Shown here piece after piece: positions 33,861 through 45,800 of a stretch of 64,000 nt of DNA (its first letter is position 1; every line of letters starts with the position of its first letter). Both the position numbers and the translations under genes were made by a program. Under the pieces are notes generated by a model. The model saw nothing but the letters and a program-made list of their open reading frames with translations. It was not told the DNA's origin and searched no databases. The stretch is from Bugula neritina (taxonomy: Eukaryota > Animalia > Bryozoa), in NCBI GenBank assembly GCA_964035545.1, contig OZ037766.1, forward strand, positions 9,414,722-9,478,721, in the 5' to 3' direction.

Positions 33861-35772
33861 TAAATAATAATTATATTTATATCATCATTATATTATTATT
33901 ATAAACTAAAAAAACTCTAAAAGTAAAAGTAAAACTTACAGTTACACAAATTTCAAACTCAGTCAGTGTGACTATCACTATGACAATAGAATTTAATGAC
34001 TATCAAGTATCAACTATGACTTGAGTATGAATATCAATATCATAATCACAATCATAATGGCAATGCAAAACTCACTCACGATGTGCATGTCAACGTGATA
34101 CTCATAGTCATAACCATAGTGATAGTCATACTAATACTATGAGTGATACTCATACTCATGGCCATACTGATATGTGATATTGAATTTGATAATTCAAAAT
34201 ACTTAGAGTTAGGCTTAGTCTTACTCTTAGACTGTTGGACGTTGGTGTTACACTTACAGTTACTGTTTCAGTATTTGAGCATTGCTGCTTGAATTTTCAT
34301 TTTGATTTATTAGTTCAAATTCAACTTTGAGAATGACTATTACTAATATTATTACTATGAGTATGAGTATTACTATCACTATCAGTGAAGTATCACTAGA
34401 CTAAGACTTAGACTAAGAGTAAGAGTAACTGTAACACTAACTGTAAGTCTAACAAGTCTAACAAACTGATATATAAGATTGCTAATGCTTCTCTTGATTT
34501 TAACTTCAAATCAGAATCAACAAAAAATTAACATTTCGTTTCATTTGTAACTTCGAGATAAATACCAAGATAGAGATATTGTGAGTTGTGACTAAATCTG
34601 GCAATAATTCACTAATTGTTATTGTAAATTAGGGTCAATCACGAATGTGAGAACATAAACACCACAGTTTCATGCTCTTCGAATTTATTAAGGAACTAAG
34701 CTCACACGCTGTTATTGCGCACTTATCTCCCTGCAATATTATCGTTTAAGCGCATTATGTGCATCATGTGTGTGGGTTGTTAAATCGAGTTTACATTGCC
34801 TGTGGATTATGATGGCCATTTACATTCTCAAGATTGTGTTAATAAGAATTGTATGCCAACTGTGAAGTCAGCAGAAGTAACTGTGATACCCACACTAAAA
34901 TAGTTTCCCAAAAATTAAACTATTTCAGGAAAAAGCTTTATATTGCAGAGTGCACCAAAGTATGTTTGAAATACAAGCTGATAAAGATACAGCCATTTAT
35001 ATTTAGAAAAATGTATCCTATTTTGTTTGTACAATGGTCAGCTTTGTACACAAGGACAGACATGCATTTATAAATTGTTGTTCGTTATTCTCATGCAATT
35101 ATTATGTAATTATTTAACTGTTATTAACAAATCCCTGTCATGCAACAGTTTATTTATTGCACAATTCTAAGTGGTACAATTATTGCATTATAATATTTTT
35201 AGATGCTTGTAGTACAAATAAATTGCTTGTAAGTATTCGAGTTTATTGTAAATAATGGTTTACAAGGAACCTCTGGCTAGCTGTAAATTCTTAAGTCCCT
35301 ATAACACTTTACTGATGCATTTTGTACTGCAGCAGTAATTTTCTACACAACAATCAAAATGTAGCTGGTTAAGCAGGTAAATTAAGTAAAAACTAAAATA
35401 TTTTTTTAGATCCGCATGTTAGAACAGTAAATTTTATGAAAAGCTAAGAAAGATGTATTGTAAGCCAAATTATTTTTACACAGAATGAGAAAAATGTACA
35501 AATAAATATAATCATGTGTTGTGGTTGTTGTTTTCTCTTGCTGTGGAGAACTTGACTTACTAGGTGGAAATACAACTCCAATAATAAAATAAACCAGTTA
35601 ATTCGTGTTCATAACACCTTGTGCTTCAGACCGTTTACAAAACTTACTAAAATTTCAATTAGAACAATTAGGATTAGCCAACAAAATGCAAATGGTAGTT
35701 TTATTAATTGTGGTTTCATGCCAAGAGCATCTGATTCATTATTATCACTTTTATAAAAAGTAGAATAGCCCC

Positions 35773-36161
35773 TGTAATGGCTGTGGGAAGTACACCCCCT
35801 GCTTAAGTACTTGTACTATATTATGAGGCATGCTGCAGCTACGTGCGGCACCGCACCACTTCTACGGAACCTTATACCAACCAATCAGGATCCACCTTTT
35901 GGATATAGGTAGCGCCTTCTGGGTGCCCACGAGCAGTCGGACGATAGCTATTAACTAAATAAGCTAACCTTGTGTAATCATTCTTATGTTGTACTCTTTT
36001 AGCTCGTTTTCTATGAATTTGATTATATGTAATTAGAATTTTAATACAGTTCTCTCATTAAACACCAACTAGTTCGGTTCCTCACATAACCTCACAAAGA
36101 TATGCAGTAATTTTTCGAGCACACAATAATACCCCCAAGAGTAGTGCATAAAACTGCAACA
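35773..36161 (+). mobile_element. Solo LTR (389 bp), same family as 6956-7386
   Basis: TGTAA...CAACA; shares GGGAAGTA(C/T)ACCCC, CCAATCAGGATC, ACCAACTAGTT(C/T)GGTTCCTCACATAACCTCACAA and TAGTGCA(T/C)AAAACT(G/A)CAACA; TSD imperfect (GCCCC/GCCCT). Confidence 0.75.
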
Positions 36162-36800
36162 GCCCTTCCTACAAATTGATTACAATCATAAAATGAAAAT
36201 TGTTACTCATTCTTGTAAGGGTGAAAATACGAGTAAAACTGGAATGAAGCCAGGTAGACATGGTGAGCAGCTTTGAAAATACCTCATTTTGTAATGTTAA
36301 AAGTGTGTTTTATTTGATCATAAAAAGGTGATTTATGAAAATAACTATGTAAAGCAGCTTGGAGCAGCAAATCACAATGTTAATTAATAATTAGACTAGT
36401 GTTTGGAATGAACATGCTTGCCCTTTGCAGATACAAATATCTTGAAATGTAAAATATGATAATGATTTTGTAGCCTGAAAGAAGTGTTTTTAACAAATAA
36501 AATGGGCAAGGTTTCATGCAGTAGATTGTGAGAGACGTATACCATTTCTAATAGATGCATTGCAAAATTAGAGACTATAAATTATAAGCATTGCTGTGCT
36601 AAGTATAAAAATATCCAGTAATTACTTATAAACAAAATATACAAATTATAAAATTAAATTATTCTTAGCATGAAGTAATGAAATTTTGCATTGCACTTAA
36701 TTTAGAAAATAATGCAGCCATGAAAAAATAAAATAAAAAAGCTGCCGACATCAGTACCTGATTGTATGGCAGCAAAAAAGAAATACTGGAACTAAGCAAT

Positions 36801-39800
36801 TTAGACAATTACTTCATATATAACTTTTTTAGCTCTACTGTCAGGTGTGGAGTAGCCACTCTCACTAAAATTTGAGAACCTCTGGTAGTGAGGCATGTTA
36901 CCAACAATGTCGGGGAAATCGGGGAAGTCAGGTGAGTCAAGCGTATCCACAGGAAACGCTGACAGGTCATTGTCTAGTGTATCTTGTTCTGAAATAATAT
37001 ACATAAAGCCATATTAGCCATGCCATGAACGCTATGCAGCTTAATTACAACTTTATACAAGTTTTCTTTATTAGTGAAATTTCAACAAAGATGGACTGAT
37101 TGCTAAATAAAATAGTAAATATATTGATATTATGGTGTACAGAGTAACGTCTGACTATATATCTAATAAATATAAAGTGTTATTTCTTTTAGTGATTTGA
37201 AAGCATTATGCTTCTATCCTCAATAGAAATAAACAAATTATACCACTTTGTATTATAAGAGAGCAGAAAAAAACCATGTTATTAACAGTAAAACCTGAAC
37301 AGAAGCTAGTAGGCATACTAATAAAGACTAGTGCAATATACGTAATATACAGAAAGAAAATATTCAAAAACAATGTGGGTAAAATAAAAGCTATTTTATT
37401 AATAGAATTGCACTGTGATGAGCAGGAAGCGATTGTATAAACTGCCAGCACCTGTAAACACCAGGTATAGCATACAATGTCCACGAGTTGTAGGAAGTAG
37501 GTCAAGTATACGACTATATTACCTGTATTATCAGAGTTTGACTCTGCTGGCGGAGTACTAAGGTGTCTCCCAAGTTCAGCCTCATGCGTTCTTGTCGCAC
37601 TACAGTCAGCCAAAGACTTCTGTTCCGCAGACTTCTTTTGTACTGAAGCGTAGGTATAGTCATAGTTTTCTAGTTCATGTTGTTGGGCTAGAAAATCAAA
37701 AAACAACAGTTGAAGTAAGATATAAATATAGACTGAGGTATAGGGTTGTTATTACTACTTGTGAAAATCAAGTCACTTTTTACTTTTCTTCTTACAAAAT
37801 TTACCCTCTAAATTTTCTTTGGAATTTTTGTAGAATAAGAAATAAAGTCCTGTATTAAAAAGAAAGTCAAAGTCTGAGACTTTGACAGCAAAATTTTATT
37901 TTTTAAAAGATAAAATCCCTGCTTAGAACATAAGATACTTTAGACTAATACATATAAGATAAACAGAATTATGTGCCTCAGCTAACCCCCTTTATGAAAA
38001 TACTTAGCTCAACTATAACACTCTATGTATATGCAATTACAATGATACAAAATTCCAGTAATGTATTCTAAATTGGATTGGTAAGTTGCTACAGCAAAAA
38101 AACCCAGCAATACTTAAGAGGTGGACCAGAATACAACACGTTTTCCTTATCTAATTGTTCAGTGCCAAAATTTGCTAATTTTATGTAAAAAGCAATTAAC
38201 ATAATGCTAGAAATATTAGGAAAAAATAGAATGCTTTACCTGCTTTAAATTCACTATTAAATGTATTAAGGTTGTTGCTGGGTGGAATATAAGTAGAATA
38301 AGGCTGCTCTAGGTCAATATCTAGCTCCTCTCTATAAATACATAGAGATGTGTACATTAACATAATATATTCTGTCTCTAGAAATATAGACAATGGTCAG
38401 GTTTCAACTGAGGACTGTATGCTACATTGTGCTTGGGTCACTTCGCTTTATTTAGTACACACACTGTGCTTCGTAGTTTGTTGTTGATTTTATAAAATTA
38501 TTGCTGCAAGTATACATGTTTTTTTTACTTAAAACTATATAAGTTTCAACAAGTAAAACCAAATAATTAAACATTTTATTAGATATATTAGACCTTTTGT
38601 TAAATTTATAGTGAGAAAACATACATTAGATTTCAATGATGATTTGTAAATTATAGTTAATAGTTATAGTTATAGTTATAGTTAATAGGTAAACCAGAGG
38701 AGTTGATGAGTGATGAGATAGCTTAAACTTCAAGTATAAACTTTTAGTTTGCAAATACAGTATGCATAAAGATAGGTATTTTATGTTTCTCTGTTATACC
38801 CTTGGTTCCTTTTTCAACATAATGGATTGACTGGTCTTCAGGTGCTACTGCCCCCTCCCCAACATGCTACTAAGTTCCATGTGTATGGCGTACTTTATGC
38901 ATACTGTTATACTCTTGGTTTATTCCTTAAACCACCCACTTGTGCTAGCCATACAAACATCATACTAAGTAAAAAGTATATTGTCTGAATACAAGTCACT
39001 ATAGAGTTAGCATACTCCTTATTAAAGAAAAACAAGTTAATAACTTACGAAGATGTCATCACAGGGTTAATATGACCGCTTTTGCTGATTGGTGCAGATA
39101 TTGATGCTTTAGTTAGTTTTTTGTTTGATCCCTTCTGCTGCCGAATTATCACAGCTATAATAGCTATAATTAGAACCACTGCAATGATCCCAGCAACTGA
39201 GCCAATGACTATCCATTTTGTAGAATCATCTTTTTTAACTGAAATTTCTACAACTGCACAAACCAATATGATTACAGAAAATTTTATTAGATTTGGTAAG
39301 TTTCAAATCAAACAGGTTGAAATTGCATGAACAAAACTAGGTGTTAGGTTATGCTCAACAAGCTACTGTCATATCTCAAATATAGTTGAAGATCAGAATT
39401 TAGCAAACCGTTTCTAAGAGAAGAAATCTCGAAACAATCTATGTTCTCGAAAGATTTCCAACCACACCCTAAACCACACTAGAGAAAAACATTCTAAAAT
39501 TCACCAACAATTAGAAAAAGATATGAAATTATGCTCTAAAATAGCTGAAAAACCATTCAATTGGTTCATGAAATTATAAATGCTAGTCATTACCACACCA
39601 TACCCATATTGCAGAAAAACATGCAAACAACTTGCAATGATTTTTAAGCTTTATACAATGAAGCAGGCATTGCGTTTCAATGACTTCTTAGGATAAAGTA
39701 CTCACTTTCTGACACTGCACTGCAGACATCATTGCTCCTGCCAACAACACAAGACTTAGCAGCGTAGTTTGAATAGAAAGGGGAGACAAGTTCAAAATGT

Positions 39801-42800
39801 TTGGTTCCCTCCACTTTGTAGCACTCACCATCAAAGATAGGGGTGTAAGTAATACCATCATCACTACCCTACAATAAAAATTCATTGATTTGCACCTCAT
39901 TAGATGATTATACTGCAATATGAAGCCATTTTAATTTTGAAAATTAATAAAACAAAGCTAATTTTTTAGAGTGAGCATTTTTCTAAAATATATAATTCAC
40001 AATCAACTCACCTATACTATAAGAAATGTGTGTAACTCTACTTGCGGGAAGAAAATTTAACTAAATGCAAATTAATGTATGAGTGTTTAAGATAAAGCAT
40101 TCTGCAAAACATTACATCTTCTACGCTGTCAAAACTTGTTTTCTCTTGTATTTTAGCAGAGTAAGAATTTCATTTACATGGTAACTACCCCGGTACAGTA
40201 TATGATACAATACTAACCATAATGACAACACAGAATTTGGACGAGTTGAGATACACAGTCACTATGTTTTCTTCGCTGTCTACTTGAATAGTTGGAACAA
40301 GGAAGTCTAGTGAGTCAGTAGTAACTAGTAAATCCGGTGTGGCTGTGCTACTACCAAGGGAGTTAGTTGCTAACACTGATATCTTGTACTCAGTTTCAGG
40401 GTATAGTGCTACACAAAAAATGAAAAAATATTATTATTGTAAGCGTTGTTATCAATCATAATGTTTTAAATAACTATTGAAATTACTTTGAAAATGACGA
40501 CACAGGTTTGGCAGTTTATATTATATCTGTAACATAGCTTAACAAATGACAGGTGGCACAAAGTACTTTGTCCAAAACAGTCAAAATTGTTTTTGTATTC
40601 GGGGCTGAATTATCAGTCCATCTTTTCTATGAATACATGCTTTTCTATAGCATTCATCATTTTTAACACATTTTCTCCAGGATAATCATAAATTGTTCAT
40701 CTGGAATGACAAAATTTTAGCCCTGGGGGTTTTAATGCTAATATTAACAAAAAATAAATTAAATGGTTTATTAAATAGTATGCCAAACTTCAAAAATTTA
40801 TGTTTCAAGATGAAAGCTTATTAAACAATTATGTTTATGTTAGTTAGCTTTAAACACTCTACAAATTTTAAAATGGGAAACATGTCTACAAAAATTTAGA
40901 TTAACATATGCCTGACTACAATGAATTTCACTCAGTGAATGTGTATTGAAACAGGCATTTAAATGGTGTTGGTTTATACGTATATGAAACACTTGCTTGT
41001 CAATTGGGTAGAGTGGCCAGAGATGGGCTTCAACTGTCTTCCATCTTTGGATACAATAAAGCTTTGAGCTCTGCCACCATCAAAACCAGGGTTCCATTCA
41101 ATATCAATTGAGTCCCAAGTTTTGCCAGTCAGGATAAGGTGGCTGGGTGTATCGGGAGCACCTTTCAATTATACATGTTGAAATCAATTTGTTATGCAGA
41201 TTCATTTGACAGCCATGAATATTTATGATTATTTCATTAGCTTCACCCAAAGTTTAAGTAGTTCTTAAAACGGCATATTATATTTTAAAATCATCATTTG
41301 CACTGTAAAATAATTAAGGTTAAATATAGCAATTAAAATAATTAGTCTAATATCTTCCGTATGCTTAAATTGTAATGATTTTCAGCTTCATACAACATTT
41401 TATAGATTTAGAAGTTGTCCCACTTTCAACAGATGTGACCAGTGTGAACATGGTGAACAATGTGAACATGCATTTCAATAATCTTTCTGAAGCAATTTAA
41501 ATTGTTTACATAATTATTTTGCTGTTTTCGTTGGAATAGCTAGAGCCAATTTTTCCTGCTTGAAGAATAAAATATTTCCTCTAAGCACTGCATTAATTGT
41601 ACACAATATGATCTTAAGTAGTTTCTAAAAGTATTAACATTAACATTAGAAATGCAAAAAGTTGACACATATTTGCTAACCTGATTCTTGCAGCGTTATA
41701 GTCCTTTCTACACGCCCTAAACTGTTGACAGCCTGACATTCATACTCTCCAAGATCTGTTGGTCTCACCGAGTCTATAGTTACAGACTTGTGTTGCTTGT
41801 ATGTTGCATCCACATTGTAGGTTATGTCTGTTACATTGTACCGGGGTCCAGTTGTAATTATATTACCATCTCGTAGTATGTCTAGAGATGTAACTTTAGG
41901 AGAGCCAAGTACTTCACAAGTTATTGTAGCCTTTTCTCCAACATCTGCTGCAGCTTTTCCATATCCCATAACTTCAGGTGTGACTGGAAGTATAAAATAT
42001 ATCATACATGATGATGTAAGACAATCTACATAAAAAAATTAATTATAATAGAATATGAACTACAGCCACAGCATTATATTGAATTACATAATGTCACATA
42101 GGAAATTAGATTTGTAAGATATTTTGCTTACTAAATTGCAAATTTTGTTTCATGAAATTCAACAAGCATAATATTGTATATTTTAGGACTTCCAGGTAAG
42201 CAATTAGCATATAAAAGAAACTTACAAAGAAAGTCGACTACGAAGTGACGGTCAGTATTAGTTCCGCCTATTTCCGACTTGGCACTACATTTATATGAGC
42301 CAATATCATGAATATCAACCTGTGTCCTTGTAGAACCTGTAGATACATTTAATATTATTATCTTGATGCCTATTCTCATTCAATACTGCCTATGCCTGTT
42401 TTATGATAACTTCTGCCATCGCTTTCAGGGCAATTCAATTTTTTGAGTTGCACTAAAAATGCACACCTTTGAGACCAGTACAAGCAACATACAAAGTCTC
42501 AACTCATTGGAATTTGTTTCTTAAGATGTCCATATCATCTTTTAGTAAAATTTAAAAAAAATCAAATAAGAAGTAGAAATTACTGCAATCTAAAATTTTA
42601 ACAAATCTCATAGCTTATTATATTGTTCACCAATTTTACTTTGTGAAAGCATTTTAATTTTTACAGGCAGTTTAGAACTGTAAGTTACCTGAAAATAGTA
42701 GCTGAGACTGGGAGCTCCAGAAACCATCCACTAAGGAATATGAGTTGTTGAAGGAGTACTTGCTAGAATCATCTGGAATCAGTTCATCATTGAAATACCA

Positions 42801-45800
42801 GGAGACTTCTGGCCTTGGGACACCATGAAACCCACACTGGAGGGATGGCTGCACACTGTCCCTGGTGAAGTTTATCTCAGATTCAGATGAGGAAATCAGC
42901 TCTGGGACATCTGAATATAAAATAAAATCAGATTCTAATTGTCTTTATCCAAATGTCAGTAAACATCATGAATTAGGTAAACATAGCCTATTCAGTCTTA
43001 CAGTTAGCATGTAAAATTAAGTACCACAGTAAAGTATGCAAAATATTCAGTTCAATTATATTCTATTTCAATATAAACTCTAAATATCTGGACAATAGTT
43101 GATGTTGTAACAGAACAGAAGCCAATAATTTGATATTGACATGCAAGCTTGCCAAGAAAGCAAATTGCTTCTGACATATTGAAAATTGCAAGGATAAAAG
43201 ACATGGCAGATGGTCAAATCTTACCATAGAATTTCACATGCAGAGTTTCTGCCTGCTTGGAACCAAGAAGGTTTGCGGCAGTGCAGCTGTAGTTGCCAGT
43301 ATCTTGGTACCTTGTGGGACTAATAGTGAGCTCGCTTGAATTTTCTGCTAGTTGAGTATCATATCTAAACCACTGATACATTGCAGTCGGATAACCATAA
43401 CCTAAACAAACATCACACAGTTGGTTTAAGGTCATACTTTTCATTTTCTGGCTCTTTGCCAGGTGCTTTATGTTCTATATGAACAATGTTCCACTGATAG
43501 CTCGAACAGGTTGAATGTCACAGGAACAAAAAAAATATGAAAAGATAAAGAAACTTATGTTCTCCAATATACTTTTTTATTTTTTTCAAAAGCCAATTCA
43601 TGTTTAAGTTATAGCTTGTTGAAAAACATTGTCCCCCTTCCACATTCTTTTCAATTTATACGCTCCTGACTTGTTATTGTGTCTCAATATGCCTTGTATT
43701 TGAGTGCTTGCTAGTCTCGCTTCACTAACTTTGCCTTTACTTCACAAGTGCCAGTGCTGCTGGCTCAAAAGCTAAATTTTATAAACTGTCAGCTAAAACC
43801 CAATCTTGCATTCCTAGGTTGGTTGGCCTAAATAAAACAATAGTCAAATCATGATTTCATGTTTTAAAAATTTACTCTATTCTAACCTGCTGCCTAGCTA
43901 GTTCTATTTTTGATGTATAATTACAAAATTTGTGATACATTTTTTTGGCAACCATGTGATTTATAAAATGCAGTAATGGTACTTATAATATTATATTATT
44001 ATCATTATAATATATTATATAGTATTATGTGTGTTTTTATTATACTGCATAATATCTATTTTATTATTGTTGTTGTGCAAACAAGTGCAATTAACCTAGT
44101 TTTCAAAATGTACCTCTAAATTATCAGAATGTCAGTTTAGATATTTTCATGCTTTGTAAGGTAAACCTAAAAAAAGAGGCTGTATTCCCAAAGTAAAGGG
44201 TGTTGAACTATGAACTATATTAGATTAGCCACTCTGCTACCAAGTGCATCAGTATAATATTATATGAATAGCTCTGATGCTTTGTCTCCGGTGGCTGGCT
44301 GCGATATGATAACTTGGCCAACTTCCAAGAGTTTAAAATTGGCGCAATTATTCAAGAGGTTACATACTGCACAGAGCTAGCAGTGATAGTAACCTTGCTA
44401 TTGGCAGTACTTATTACAACTGCCAGCATATAAGCTGCATTGTAGAATGCCGTTGGGGTAGGCTAGTAAAACCAAATTCTGCTCTCTAATATACCTTAGA
44501 CACAATGCAGCAACATAATTGTTCATTTCAAATTACATTGCCACCCTTACATGAGCTGTGGGCTTCATAAAGATTCATATGATTAGAGATTTATGCTATA
44601 GGCTAGCTATGATGAAAATAACACACCATTGTCAAAGTTAACTTCAAGTATGTTGTTTTCCAGAAACTCAGTAATGTCCATTTATCTCTCGCATACAAAT
44701 ACTTATGTAATAGCATACAGTTTAAGTTTTATTTTAGAGCACATCTGCAAACTCTACAATAAGAGCTTGCTTTACCAGTCTATTTCAGACCTGTTTTTGT
44801 AGCTAGTAATACGCAAGCTACTTATTTTTAAACTTTTGGGTTATTTGTTCAAAACCATTAGCTTTGCTAGTAACTATTGCAACAGTTGACTGCTATCAAC
44901 ATGAATTGACAGCTTAATAATTATAACCCATTTGCCCGCGAAATATTTATGTAATGATAGTGACTCATATAGTGCGCGTCTCAATAACGATGTCTGCGTG
45001 GTCCAGAGGTTAGAGGCGTCAGCGACGAGTTGGTTGGTCATGGTTCAACCCTGTTTTGTTGCATTTTTTTTGTCAACTTATGCAAATCCTACGCATGTAT
45101 AATAAATATGGCTATAATTGTAAAGTTTTTTTTAACTTTTGTTCAACAGTAAGACAACATACATGCATAATAATTAGATACTGAACACTGGACTAAACCT
45201 TAAATTGATCTTATAGAATACAATGTACTTAAAATAATCATGTGAATTAGAGAAACTGAAAGTACACCTGCTGTGCTATAGACAGACCTTTACTGACAAG
45301 ACTGCAAAGTGAAGTGATTTAGCTGAAATTAACTCTGCCAAACAAACAAAGAATTATGTTGTGCTGAGGCATTTTCAATATATTATTGTAACATAGTGAG
45401 ATGATTCAGCTAAGTGCTAATGTAAAACAGGGAACATTATATTGGCAGAAATCCAATAGATTGCCAATTTGTGCGAGAGGGTACTATATGTTATTGTGAT
45501 AGCGCAGAGCGGCAAACGTACAAGGAATGCTATAATTAGTCACAGGAGCGTAGCTAGAACCACCATATGAAGAATTTAGAAAATTGCAGTGAAACTTGCA
45601 AAATGGTGTATGTTTTTACCAAATTGTGAAGAGCATAAACAGAATTTCAAAAAACAAAGAAAGTATATTAGAGAAAACATATCAAGGAATGTCAAGTTTA
45701 ACTTTTAGACTTTATAAAATGAATCCCCTGTGCTACAGCAGTGGAACATGGAGGGTGTAAAATTTTACTTATTATGCAACAACTTTCTCAGAAAATTTTT

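Noticed and set aside
39688-39918. ORF-track frame VVMMVLLTPLSL... as a hydrophobic receptor exon
   Set aside because: The neighbouring frame (GSDDGITYTPIFDGEC...) fits the phase-0 donor at 40218 and the phase-1 donor at 39706 and keeps the gene open.
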